From positions 29,202,001 through 29,266,000 of the forward strand of contig OZ024760.1 of NCBI GenBank assembly GCA_964016885.1: a DNA stretch of 64,000 nt. Reading direction: 5' to 3'. The notes below the pieces were generated by a model. That model had not been told where the DNA came from, did not search any database, and worked only from the letters and a program-made list of their open reading frames with translations. The DNA is from Eledone cirrhosa. Its lineage: Eukaryota. The translations under genes and the position numbers were made by a program. The number at the start of each line of letters is the position of its first letter. The stretch's first letter is position 1. This document shows, piece after piece, positions 14,081-26,563 of the stretch.

Positions 14081-15208
14081 TTTGCCTAGTTGTTCTGCAA
14101 TCACCACACCTGTACACTGTCTTTTGGTGTCAAATCCTACATATGATCCACTGACTCAGCACTTAGTATTTAGTCCAGATCATAACATTCATCTACATCC
14201 CTCACCCACCAACACCCTTTTGTCCCCTCCCAATTAAATTGTATTTTTATAAATGACTTCCATATTACTCTCAGGTCTCCAATAATCATTTCCACCCCCA
14301 CCACTTATTAAATCTTAGTAATTGATCCGCCTTGCCTATGTACAAAGCGAAACCTACAGTCAGTAGGCACCTCTTGACCAAATATACACCCCCATCCCAC
14401 TAACCCTACCCCACCGCCATCTACACCACCCCTTTCTCTGTAAAGTTATGTTGGTACCACAACATCCAGTCCTAAATAAATGAGCTCGTGTAGGTGTCAT
14501 GACAAAAGAAACACACAGTCCACACTGTAATGTGGCCATGTAGGTAACACGGTAAAAATCTCCCAGTCCACACTGTAAATGTGGTTGGTGTTAGGAAGGG
14601 TATCCAGCCGTAGAAAACCTGCCAGACAGTCCTATATGAGCGAGACAACCAATCTTGCCTCAAGTGGGACAATTCCCATCTAAACCCATGCTAGCGTGGA
14701 AGATGGACGTTAAACGATGGTGATGATCCCCAGCAACATTTTATCATAATTAGTAACGTTCCTGCGACAATTAATTTTCTGTAAACTTTTAAAAAAACAT
14801 TATACGTGACAAAAAAAGAACATTACACAAAATCCCCAGTTATAAAATAGGATGGGTTGGAGTCTCAATATGTAAACTAAACGACTAATTCTGTCTTGTT
14901 TTTTTTATCAAAGGGCGGCAATCTATAAAAATTATTGATTTTCCACCCACCCCACTTATTCCAAACTACCCCACCCTCTCCTTATTCCACCCACCACCCC
15001 TTATTCCAACCCACCCTGCTACCCCCACCCTCCTTGTTCCACCCCCTGCTACTCTCCCCCTTATTATTTGGGACCCGAGAGTATTTATTGTCAATTTACT
15101 AATTTCAATATATTTTTAATGTATTTATTTGTTTTTGATTTTTGTTTATTTGATTGGTTATTGATTATTGATTGGTTATTGATTGATATATTGTTTTCTG
15201 TTGTACAG

Positions 15209-15319
15209 AGTGAGATTCCACCAGCCTTACCATCAACCCCCCCGCCCCTGACACCACCACCTTCCCCACCGTTAACTCTCCGCAACACACAAGACCAGAT
15301 AACGTTGGAAGATATGAAG
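15209..15319 (+). CDS. MPDZ: MPDZ-like exon, proline-rich (SEIPPALPSTPPPLTPPPSPP...LEDMK), phase 0-0
   Basis: ttttctgttgtacag acceptor, AAG|gtaaaa donor, 111 nt open frame. Confidence 0.8.
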
Positions 15320-15855
15320 GTAAAACTAGTTAGAAACTGTTTGGGTTTATTTCTTTGTATTGCTATTATATGGGGGAGTGTGTGAGTGTGTGTATGTGTG
15401 TATGGGAGTGTGTGTGGGAGTGTGTGAAGCAGTGTGGGGTTGTGTGTGTATGGGAGTGTGTGAGGGAGTGTGTGTGGCAGTGCGTGTGTGTGTGTGGGAG
15501 TGTGTGTATGTGTGTGTATGGGAGTGTGTGTGGGAGTGTGGGGTTGATGTATGTGTGTATGGGAGTGTGTGTATGTGTGTGTATTGGAGTGTGTGGGAGT
15601 GTGTGAGGGAGTGTGGGAGTGTGTGTATGGGAGTGTGTGTGTGTATGTATATATCATCATCATCATCGTCGTTTAATGTCTATCTTAAACAATGATGATG
15701 ATGATGATATACACATATACATATATATACATATATATATACACACATACGCAGACATATATATATATATATATACATACATATATATACATATATATAC
15801 ATATATATATATACGATATATTAACAAATGGAAACTATATTTATAAAACCATATT

Positions 15856-15920
15856 TATTTCATTATACATATTTCAAGGACACCAAGTCAAATTATGGTG
15901 CGTTTTCATCAGATAATATA
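15856..15920 (-). ncRNA. Minimal hammerhead motif, inverted partner of 16011-16075
   Basis: Reverse complement reads tatattat CTGATGA aaacgcac...gtgtcctt GAAA TATGTA TA atgaaata. Confidence 0.65.
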
Positions 15921-16010
15921 TAATATAAATAAATATTAACATACCCTTAAAGAATGCGACCATTTCTTTAAGGGTATGTCAATATTTATTTATAAACCTG
16001 ATCTATATTA

Positions 16011-16075
16011 TATTTTATCTGATGAAAGTGCACTATAATTTGACTTGGTGTCCTTGAAATATGTATAATGAAATA
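16011..16075 (+). ncRNA. Minimal type I hammerhead ribozyme motif
   Basis: tattttat CTGATGA aagtgcac...gtgtcctt GAAA T-ATGT-A TA^ atgaaata; inverted partner at 15856-15920 (-). Confidence 0.75.
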
Positions 16076-16249
16076 AATATGGTTTTATAAATATAATTTC
16101 CATTTGTTAATATATCGTATTTTTACTCCAATACTTATATCAGTTATAAAAATATTTGCTTGTTGTATCCCAACAAATTAAATATAACTTCTACATATAT
16201 ATATATATATATATATATAAGATCAAAAGATGGTTAAATGAGTTCCATG

Positions 16250-16320
16250 TATTTTATTATGCGCATTTCAAAAACAAATATCATCATGCAATAACATTTG
16301 TGTTTTCATCAGATAAAATA
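16250..16320 (-). ncRNA. Inverted copy of the 16410-16480 hammerhead motif
   Basis: Reverse-complement arm of the 16214-16516 inverted repeat. Confidence 0.85.
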
Positions 16321-16409
16321 GGAGGACATGATATGAAGGTTAAAAAACACTTGTGGATAGTGCAGTTTTAAATCAACATATGTTTTTTAACCTTCATATC
16401 ATGTCCTCC

Positions 16410-16480
16410 TATTTTATCTGATGAAAACACAAATGTTATTGCATGATGATATTTGTTTTTGAAATGCGCATAATAAAATA
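16410..16480 (+). ncRNA. Minimal type I hammerhead ribozyme motif (Penelope-type), palindromic loop 3
   Basis: tattttat CTGATGA aaacacaaatgtta-loop-tgatatttgttttt GAAA T-GCGC-A TA^ ataaaata; 8-bp stem I, about 13-bp stem II, predicted cut after 16472. Confidence 0.85.
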
Positions 16481-16603
16481 CATGGAACTCATTTAACCAT
16501 CTTTTGATCTTATATATTATGTATACTCCAGTCCTACAAACTGTAGAGTGCTTCTTATCCGATATCTGCATTGCTTTATTGTACTACAATAAAACTCACC
16601 TCC

Positions 16604-16641
<38 letters not shown>

Positions 16642-17257
16642 GTGGAGAAAGAAACACTGTTCCCACGACCTTCATAAACCCCTCCCAGGGTCAAATAGTT
16701 GAAGTTGATAATGTTCAACTGAAACATCTGCAAGTCCAGAACAATATTTCTTTACTTGTCACCTGTTTATATTGTATTAATTAATAATTAATGGATTGGC
16801 AGAATCGGTAGAGCATCGGCGGACACCATGCTTTGCGGCATAGAGTTATGGCCTTTTATGTTCTGAGTTCAAATCCTGCCAAGGTCAACTTTGCCTTTCA
16901 TCCTTACGGGGTCGATAAAATAAAATACCAGTAATACACTGGAGTAATTGCTGGCCTTGTGCCAAAAGTAGAAACAATTAATTAATAATTGTTTACCTTT
17001 CCTTCTGTTGGATTGGCTGTATCGGTAGCGGGTCGGACGCCATGTTTTGCAGCACAGAGTTACGGCCCTTTACAGTCTGTGTTCAATTCCTGCCGAGGTC
17101 GGCTTTGCCTTTCATCCTTACGGGGTCGATAAAATAAAGTACCAGTAATGCACTGGGGGTAATTTCTGGCCTTGCGCCAAAAGTAGCAACAATTAATTAA
17201 TAGTTGTTTACCTTTCCTTCTGTCTTTATTACATGTCTCTCTGTCTCCCAATTACAG

Positions 17258-17501
17258 GTAAACTTGAAGGCTCATATAGGCCACACAAAATCTGAGAGTG
17301 TGGAGAGTTCATCCTCCGATCATTTCACCACAAGTGACCTTAAAGCATTATCATCTCCATCATCTACACCACACACAATGTCCCCTCGGATGTCACCGCT
17401 TCCTTCACCAATTTCTTTACGTTCTCTAAGTGGTTCTGTTGATTCCTTACCTGCTTCACTGGAGAAAAACATCAAAGTACAGAAAGGACAACAGCATCTA
17501 G
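17258..17501 (+). CDS. MPDZ: MPDZ-like exon, Ser/Pro-rich linker leading into a PDZ domain (VNLKAHIG...IKVQKGQQHLG), phase 0-1
   Basis: ctcccaattacag acceptor, CTA G|gtacgt donor; joins the next exon to give the HLG-ITV carboxylate-binding loop. Confidence 0.85.
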
Positions 17502-17505
17502 GTAC

Positions 17506-17762
17506 GTTCTTCTTTGCCTTCTTCTTCTTTGTCTTCTTCTTTTTCTTCTTCTTTTTCTTCTTCTTTGCCTTCTTTTTCTTCTTTTTCTTCTTTTTCTTCT
17601 TTTTCTTCTTTGACTTCTTCTTTTTCTTCTTTTTCTTCTTTTTCTTCTTTTTCTTCTTTTTCTTCTTCTTTGCCTTCTTTTTCTTCTTCTTCTCTGTCTT
17701 CTTTTTCTTCTTTTTCTTCTTCTTTGCCGTCTTCTTCTTCTTCTTCTTCTTCTTCTTCTTCT
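17506..17762. repeat. (TTC)n pyrimidine tract directly after an exon donor
   Basis: Direct inspection; similar tract at 648-808. Confidence 0.95.
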
Positions 17763-18023
17763 TGTCAGTCAAGTCAGAACCTTTATTAAGTTATGTTCCC
17801 AAAATATTTCTCCAGTGAGAAAGAATGTTATTTTACCAAATATCTTTATAATTTTTTTACATGATTTGAAAACAATGTGCAATGTTTTGCATTAGAAAAT
17901 ATGGCAAGGGCGGTGCCCCAGCATGGCCTCAGCCGGATGGCTAGAGCAAGTAAAAGAGTAAATGAGCAACAAAAGGGTTAAAAACATTTTTTTTTTACAC
18001 GTTTTTTTTTGGTTTTTTTTCAG

Positions 18024-18225
18024 GTATTACTGTTGATGCTGTCGATAAAGGTCTAAACGGTTGTGTTGTGAAAGCAATATCGGCAGAGGGCGCTGTCAAC
18101 AAAGATGGCCGTATTGCCGTAGGGGACTACATTGTGTCGATCAACAATGAAAATATGCGGAGAATCACTAATGCTCAATCTCGAGCAATCCTTCGGCGAG
18201 CATCTCTACTAGGGATGGACATAAG
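18024..18225 (+). CDS. MPDZ: PDZ domain exon resembling MUPP1 PDZ6 (GITVDAVDKGLNGCVVKAISAEGAVNKDGRIAVGDYIVSINNENMRRITNAQSRAILRRASLLGMDI), phase 1-2
   Basis: Manual translation (not in ORF track); poly-T cag acceptor, AG|gtgagt donor; DGRIAxGDxI and TNAQxRAxLRRxSL match recalled MUPP1 PDZ6. Confidence 0.92.
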
Positions 18226-18274
18226 GTGAGTGACCTTTCGCAGTTCCAGTTTCACCAAAGTTATTTTGTGTAAG

Positions 18275-18750
18275 GCTAAAGCTGAAAGTTTTATAGGCTG
18301 ACCAAGATACTCTCATGGAATGACCAAATGAGGTTTATTTTCCAACATAGTCCTTGGAAACAAACAATACAGTTATTAATAAGAAGAGTTGAAATAAATT
18401 ATGCATGTAAGATTTCACAGCTCTAGCATCACTCCTTCATAGTCAGCCTATGACCAAGATACTCTCATGGAATGACCAAATAAGGTTTATCTTCCAACAT
18501 AGTCCTTGGAAACAAACAATACAGTTATTAATAAGAGTTGAAATAAATTATGCATGTAAGATTTCACAGCTCTAGCATCACTCCTTCATAGTCAGCCTAT
18601 GACCAGGATACTCTCATGGAATGACCAAATGAGGTTTATTTTCCAACATAGTAGTTATTAATAAGAAAAGTTTGAATTAATGATTCATGTAAGATTTCGC
18701 AGCTCTAGCATCACTACTTGATAGTCAGCCTATGAACTTTTCAGCCGACA
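18275..18750. mobile_element. Mariner-like MITE, internally triplicated; single copy at 43227-43416
   Basis: Inverted ends gctgaaa(a)gtt..ataggctgac / gtcagcctatgaacttttcagc; about 155-bp tandem units. Confidence 0.55.
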
Positions 18751-18879
18751 CACATACCACAGCCTGATTTGTACACAATATTTGTAGGACATTGCTGGAG
18801 AAGTGAGCAGGAAGTTGTACACAAGTTACTATTGTGGGTAGTGTCTTATAGGAGATGAATAATAATAATTATTATTATT

Positions 18880-19630
18880 ATTGTGTACAGTGCTCAGGTG
18901 CACTACAACTCATCAAAGGTGCATCAAAGGTACATAAAATAATGTACAAATGTCAGGAAAGTGAACAGTGTATGAGTCATGATATAGATGTGTGCATGTG
19001 TATGGAAGGGGAACATTAGGTGTAGTGTTGGCGAATCTCAGGAAGCATGGAGGTTTTAAAGTATACAGTGTCTCGACAGCTAACAACTGATGCAGGTAGT
19101 TTGTTCCATGGAGGTTTTAAAGGATACAGTGTCTCGACAGCTAACAACTGATGCAAGTAGTTTGTTCCATGGAGGTTTTAAAGGATGCAGTGTCTCGACA
19201 GCTAACAACTGATGCAAGTAGTTTGTTCCATGGAGGTTTTAAAGGATGCAGTGTCTCGACAGCTAACAACTGATGCAAGTAGTTTGTTCCATGGAGGTTT
19301 TAAAGGATGCAGTGTCTCGACAGCTAACAACTGATGCAGGTAGTTTGTTTCATGGAGGTTTTAAAGGATGCAGTGTCTCGACAGCTAACAACTGATGCAG
19401 GTAGTTTGTTCCATGGAGGTTTTAAAGGATGCAGTGTCTCGACAGCTAACAACTGATGCAGGTAGTTTGTTCCATGCTTCAACAAGAGTGTGAAAAAATG
19501 TTTCCAAAAGTCATGGGAACTGTGCTGTTTTTTGACTTTGTAGGCATGCCCACGTGTATTAGACACATGGAAATCAAAAAGGTGCTTAGAGTTGTTGTTG
19601 GCAAGATGGTTAATAATTTTGTGGGTAGAT
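18880..19630 (-). mobile_element. CR1-clade LINE 3' fragment with about 7 tandem copies of a 60-bp segment
   Basis: Same family as 23670-24445. Confidence 0.8.
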
Positions 19631-19961
19631 GAAGACCTGCTAAAACCTTCATCAATCAACTTATTTTTTTAGTCTTTGTTATAAACCATTTTTTACACAA
19701 AAACCTCCACACTCCACTATTCTGTGCTAACTTTATTATGCCCTAATGTCAGCCCTGCATGGTAAACAATGAAACCCTTATTGTTATCATTCCTTTTGTT
19801 ATTCCTTACACTTAGAAATGTCCATCTGTACTGTCCTGTTGCTGTCTTTAATGTTATACTTTGATAACCCTTGTGGTTTATCTCAACTAGTATTGTCATC
19901 ATTCCTATATTTTATTGTTATTATTGTTATCATTGTTGTTGTTGTTATTGTTATTATTGTT

Positions 19962-20458
19962 CTTGGAGTCTCAGTCATTGATGTTATTTAACTGGAAAGT
20001 TTGTTGAAATAAATATCAAGCCACTACCTGCAGCCTCAGATATTCAGGACGTATCGGAGGGTTCTTGCTGTTCCCAGCAAGCATGCCTTTTGAAGTGTTC
20101 CAAAAAGCGGGGCTGGACTAATTTTCTTGAACCATCCTTGGAAACTCTTTGAGATAGTACCTAGTGCTCCTATGACAATCGGGACCACTTTGATTTCATG
20201 GCAGTTCCAAATCCTTTTTAACTCCCACTTTAAGTCCTGGTATCGGTTAATTTTCTCCCTCTCCTTTTCTTCCACTCTCGTGTCAAATGGCCAGGCTACA
20301 TCTACAATCAGGCACGATCTTTTTTCCTTGTCCAAAACCACAAGGTCAGGCCTATTGTGTTCTAATTTCTTATCCATCTGTATCCTAAAATCCCACAACA
20401 CCTTCACCTGATCATTTTCTATCACCGACTCTGGCTTATACTCATACCACTTCTCAGA
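19962..20458 (-). mobile_element. R4/Dong-clade non-LTR retrotransposon 3' fragment (restriction-like endonuclease)
   Basis: VLWDFRIQxDxxLxHNRPDLVVLDK...IVDVAxPFD...EKINRYQDL...VVPIVIGALG; flanked by (TTA)n, the known Dong-type target. Confidence 0.85.
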
Positions 20459-20706
20459 ATGTGTATTATTATTATTGTTATTGTTATTATTATTATTATT
20501 ATTATTATTTTATTTTATATTTTTTATATTGTCATTGTTAAGTTAGTCTTGCCATTGTGCCTTATTGTAACCCTCACTGTCCCTGTCTTTGTATTGTCCC
20601 CTACATGTTGGCCCTTGTGGCCAATAAATGAAATCATTATTGTTGTTATTGTTATTATTATTCCTATTCCTATGTTTTATTATTATTATTATTATTATTA
20701 TTTCAG

Positions 20707-20814
20707 TATAAGCTACATCAATACTACTGATGCAAATAATTACAAAGAGACTGCTGGAAGTCGGTCAAAACAGGAACCCAGCCCAACACATCACTCAGCA
20801 ATGCCTTCACCTAA
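20707..20814 (+). CDS. MPDZ: MPDZ-like exon ending the PDZ domain (SISYINTTDANNYKE...SAMPSPK), phase 2-2
   Basis: tttcag acceptor after (TTA)n, AA|gtatgt donor, phase continuity. Confidence 0.85.
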
Positions 20815-20946
20815 GTATGTATATATATATTTATACTATATATATATTTACATTATATATATTTTTTTAAATTATATATGTTTAGACTATATATACTTTT
20901 TAAATCACTTTGTCATGGTCTACTTATAACTTTTTCTCTTTTTTTA

Positions 20947-20982
<36 letters not shown>

Positions 20983-21020
20983 CCCACATTGGTATCTTTT
21001 TTCTCTATCTACCCTCTCTT

Positions 21021-21058
<38 letters not shown>

Positions 21059-21059
<1 letters not shown>

Positions 21060-21248
21060 TTAATATAGATGAGATTCTACAGGGCTAGAACTGTTTCATT
21101 CTTTAGAAATCATCAGGAATCCTGATGATTTCTAAAGAATGAAACAGTTCTAGTCCTGTAGAATCTCATCTATATTAAAACTTTTATACTCTGCTATGTA
21201 TTGAGTACCTTACTTACTGTGGTTACCTCCGATTCAACTCGGAATAAC

Positions 21249-21250
<2 letters not shown>
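21059..21250 (+). mobile_element. Palindromic Penelope-like remnant (121-bp palindrome plus tail) in (TA)n
   Basis: Arms 21059-21118 and 21120-21179 with one mismatch; CTGATGA tttct aa agaat GAAAC; tail actctgctatgtattgagtacc. Confidence 0.65.
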
Positions 21251-21296
<46 letters not shown>

Positions 21297-21551
21297 ATCC
21301 CTCCAACACATGTCTTTAAAGCTATTTTCCTTGCTCTATATATATATTCCCTGCTGCTACGTGGCAAAAATGTTTAGGGATTTATTTACAGATCACATGA
21401 AATTATTATATATTGAATTTAATTAAATTATGTAAGATTTATATACAACAGTGACACTTTAACCCTTCTGTTACCAACCCACAGAAAACCAGCCCTACCT
21501 CTATAAAATAGAACCACCCATTTTGCAAGATTTCTGTTCAAAATTAACTTA

Positions 21552-21924
21552 CCGTATTTCCCGGCGTAGAAGACGTTACTTTTTTCCCTAAAATAAGTCT
21601 CAAAAATCTACCATGCGTCCTGGAGGCCAAAGGTTGTTTATTATTATTTTTCAAATGGCGATGGATTGGCAGTATTGGTAGAGGGTCGGACGCCATGCTT
21701 TCACGCATAGAGTTACGGTCTTTGCTATTCTGAGTTCAAATCCCGCCGAGGTTAACTTTGCCTTTCATCCTTACGGGGTCGATAAAATAAAGTACCAGTA
21801 ATACACTGGGTAATTTGCTGGCCTTGTGCCAAACGTAGAAACAATTATTATTTTTCAAATTTTTGGTTGTCAAAATTAGGGTGGGTCCTCGAGGACGAAG
21901 TGTCTTCAGCGCTGGGAAATACGG
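21552..21924. mobile_element. Same MITE family, interrupted by a SINE (21657-21844)
   Basis: TA|CCGTATTTCCCGGCG...CGCTGGGAAATACGG|TA; SINE flanked by TSD ttattatttttcaaat. Confidence 0.8.
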
Positions 21925-23669
21925 TATATTGATATTAGAATCTTTTGATATGTAACAAATACTATAATAATTATTATTTGTACTATAGGCACAAGGCCAG
22001 CAATTTGGGGGGAAGGGAAAGTCGATTAAATCAACCCAGTACATTGCTGGTACTTTGTTTTATTGACCCTGTAAGGATGAATGGCAAAGTTAACCTCGGC
22101 GGGATTTGAACTCAGAACCTAAAGGGCCGCAACTCAATGCTGCACGTCTAATGCTGTACCGATTCTGCCAATCTGCTGCCCTTAATACCGTATTAATAAT
22201 GTAAAAGTATTCATTTTACTAATTCCCGCAAAATTTTATAACTGAAAATGGGTAAAATTCCAAACTCGTTTATAAACTGAGGCAGCTAATTAATTCACAC
22301 ATTATGTTGAGAAGAGTTTTGAAATTCTCAGTAGTGGAGAATATATTTATGAAGTTTTAATATTTCAATATTTAAAATGTTTTAAGTGTCATTTAGAGTA
22401 TAGTTTTGTTGGTCCATTATGTAATGACTTTTTACCAATTTCCAACCATTTTCAAAGCCATATTCTTTCAGAACTCATCAAAAATTAATTTCATGTCGCA
22501 AATGAAACCAGTTTAAAATTTACCTCCAAAGTGAAAATATTTTAGCACCTCGTTTATAAGGTTAACTTTGCCTTTCATCCTTAAGGAGTCAATAAAATAA
22601 AGTACCAGTAATACACTGCGGTCGATTTAATCGACTTTCCCCTCCCCCTAAATTGCTGGCCTTGTGTTTAAATCAGAAACAATTATTATTACTGTTTTTA
22701 ATGTTATTCCATGTTCGTTAACGTTTTATTGTTAATTAAGTTTTGTGAAATTATTATTTCTTGTATTATGTCCTTGTTAAATTTCTGTTGAGAATAATCT
22801 CTTTTCCACTCTCTCTCTCCCTCTCTCTCTCTCTTACCCTTTTCTCCCTATCTCTCTCTGTCTCACCCATTTCTCTCTTTCTCTCTCTCTCCCCCCTCTC
22901 TAGATATCTCTGGGTCCTGCATATTGTTAGCTGTACAATAGTAGTAGAAGCAGTGGTTGTGGTGGTGGTAGTAGTGGTGGTGGTGGTGGTGGTGTAGTAG
23001 TAGTTGTAGTGGCGGTAGTGGTGGTGGTGGTGTAGTAGTAGTGTAGTGGTAGTGGTGGTGGTGGTGTAGTAGTATTATGCAGGGAGGTCTGTTAAATGAA
23101 CCCACCTTGTCAAATATCTGTGTAAGAAAATTAGAGTGATCAGAGCTTCATCAGCTACACGCACACACCACACAACACGCACACACCACACACACCACAC
23201 CACACCACACACCACACCACACACCACACCACACACCACACCACACCACACCACACACACACCACACACAAAACTTCAGCCTGGATCCAACTTCTAAATC
23301 ATGGGAGATAACTCTTTCTAGAACCGTTCTGGCCATCTCTAAATTGAAAGAAATTATAAATATAATTGTTTCTACTTTTGACGCAAGGCCAGTAGTTATC
23401 CAGTGTATTACTGGTACTTTATTTTTCTCGACCCCGTAAGGATGAAAGGCAAAGTTAACCTCGGTGGGATTTGAACTCAGAATGGCAAGGCGTCCGACCC
23501 TCTACCGATACTGCCAATATAAATATAATGGTCATCTCTATCTAATAAAGAAATCAGTCTATATTATAATAAGACCACTGTCTGTCTGTCCCCCAGTCTG
23601 TCACACTTTATATATATAGAGGGAGAGTGCCAACTTAGAGATATGTACATAGATAAAATAATAAATAAT

Positions 23670-24445
23670 AATAATGAAATTGTTTACAGTGCTCAGGTGC
23701 ACTACAACTCATCAAAGGTGCATCAAAGGTACATACAATAATGTACAAATGTCAGGAAAGTCATGATATACACACAGGTACATACGTGTGTATGGAGGGG
23801 GAATATCAGGTGTAGTGTTGGCGAATTACTGGAAGCATGGAAGTTTTAAAGGATGCAGTGTCTCGACAGCTAACAACTGATGCAAGTAGTTTGTTCCACA
23901 TGGAAGTTTTAAAGGATACAGTGTCTCGACAGCTAACAACTGATGCAGGTAGTTTGTTCCACATGGAGGTTTTAAAGGATGCAGTGTCTCGACAGCTAAC
24001 AACTGATGCAAGTAGTTTGTTCCATGGAGGTTTTAAAGGATGCAGTGTCTCGACAGCTAACAACTGATGATGGTAGTTTGTTCCATGGAGGTTTTAAAGG
24101 ATGCAGTGTCTCGACAGCTAACAACTGATGCAGGTAGTTTGTTCCATGGAGGTTTTAAAGGATGCAGTGTCTAGACAGCTAACAACTGATGCAAGTAGTT
24201 CAGCAACTCTGAGCATGAAAAAATGTTTCTGAAAGTCATGGGAGCTGTGCTGTTTTCTGACTTTGTGGGCATGCCCACGTGTGTTAGACACATGGAAATC
24301 AAAAAAGTGCTCAGGGTTGTTGTTGGCAAGATGGTTAATAATTATGTGGGTGTTTACCAAGTCAGTTGCCAGACGTCGGAGCTTCAATGTATCCATGCCC
24401 AGGGAGGGAAGGCATTCAGAGTAATAATCAATTCTGTCGGTAAAA
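23670..24445 (-). mobile_element. CR1-clade LINE 3' fragment with internal 60-62-bp tandem amplification
   Basis: TLKLRRLATDL...FFDFHVSNTRGHAHKVRKQ...HFFMLRV..WNKLPASVV. Confidence 0.8.
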
Positions 24446-24636
24446 ACCCCCAAAATTGCTCCCATATATGACAGACAGAGAGAGAGAGAGAGAAGGAGTG
24501 GGATAGTGAGAGAGTAAGCAAGGACTCTCAGTGAACTCATCCATGTCCTGGGCTCTTGTTTTTTTTTTTTCTGTATTTGTTTTGTATATTTTCCATGGTG
24601 TGCTCAATGTCTCTGTTTTATTAATGCTTGCTGTAG

Positions 24637-24657
24637 GATCTTTCCAAAGCATTTCCG
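24637..24657 (+). CDS. MPDZ: 21-nt microexon (K-IFPKHF-R), phase 2-2
   Basis: ttaatgcttgctgtag acceptor and perfect CG|gtaagt donor; frame-preserving. Confidence 0.65.
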
Positions 24658-25254
24658 GTAAGTTTATATTTCACTAAGGAGACCACTGAAACATGCGTGT
24701 CGCCCTGTTGCCAAATGTTTTGCTGCACTAAACTGGATATATCTTCTCATTACTTTATATATACATATACATATGTTTCTGTTTATATAACGTATATATA
24801 TATTTGTGTATATGTATATATTTATATGTATTTGTACAGCTTCATAAATGGTTTCTCACCACCACCACCACTACTTGATGTTCTCCGATCACTGTGGATA
24901 TTTTTATTGTTCTATGGATATTTATCTCATCTTATAATTATAATATACATACAATATACATACGTATATATGTATATATATTATATAGATTTATATATAT
25001 TATATATATATGTATAATATATATTATATATATATGTATGTAATATATATAGTATATGTATATGATTTATATAGTATATATATGTATATAATATATATAG
25101 TATATATATATATGTATATAATATATATAGTATATATATATATATATGTATATAATATATAGTATATATATGTATATAATATATATAGTATATATATGTA
25201 TATAATATAGAGTATATATATGTATATAATATATATATGTATATAATATATATA

Positions 25255-25292
<38 letters not shown>

Positions 25293-25303
25293 TATATATA
25301 TGT

Positions 25304-25339
<36 letters not shown>

Positions 25340-26491
25340 ATATATATATGTATATAATATATATATATATGTATATAATATATATATATATATATATATG
25401 TATGTATATAATATATATATATATATATATATGTATGTATATAATATATATATATATATATATATGTATATAATATATATATAATATATATATAGTATAT
25501 ATATATATAATATATATAAAAGTATGTGTCTGTATGTTATATATGTGTTGGTGTATATAACATCTTGTGTTTGCTGGTTCCCCTTCATGCTTTGTGAGTT
25601 ATTTTGACAGAGTTGCTATATTGTTCTGGTGTTGCAGAGTTATGTCCCTTGATCTACCTATTTATATACCCACATAAATGAGTCAGGACCCCGATGGCTG
25701 AGCTCCTGCCGTTTAACTGTAGAAACGGCAAGAGCTCAGCCGTCGGGGTCCTGACTCCTTCCTATAACCATACTCTATTACCACAAGTATTGAGTACTCT
25801 GGTGAGTAATGGTCTAACCAGTTTCTTAATGAATCAATCCTGATTTATCTACGTATATATATATTTATATATGTCATATATATATATCATCATCATCATC
25901 ATCATCGTTTAACGTCCATCTTCCACGCTAGCATGGGTTTGGACGGGAATTTTCCCACTTGAGGCAAGATTGGTTGTCTTGCTCATATAGGACTGTCTAG
26001 CGGGTTTTCTACGGCTGGATGCCCTTCCTAACACCAACCACGTTTACAGTGTGGACTGGGAGGTTTTTACCGTGTTACCTACACGGCCACATTACAGCGT
26101 GGAAATATATATATATATGCAATAATTAAAAATATAAATTAAAGTGTATATACGCACCTCTATAACTATATAACACACACGTACAAATCCAAAGAGATCT
26201 GTTTCGCCAAGAAGTTGTTGACTGAAATGGAATAGCCCATGGTTCATCAGCGCGTGCAAGACTATACATTCCAGACAACTCTAAGAGAATCTCTTGTTTT
26301 ATTGATGGCACATTATCTCTCTCTAGTGTGTTACCTTTTCAACATATTGTATTTTAAAGAGCTCGGGATTCCTTTTCCTTTGAGCACATTATTGACAGGG
26401 AATAGCGAGAGTCTATGGCTCCGTTAATTTATCGTGATATATATATATATATATATATATATGTATACATATATATTGTATATATATATAC

Positions 26492-26563
<72 letters not shown>

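Noticed and set aside
17320-17818. Poly-Phe / poly-Lys ORFs
   Set aside because: Read-through from a real exon into an intronic (TTC)n tract past the donor at 17501.
23545-23610. Helitron-like 5' end (tctatattataataag...ctgtctgtc)
   Set aside because: No matching 3' hairpin-CTAG end found; too short to call.
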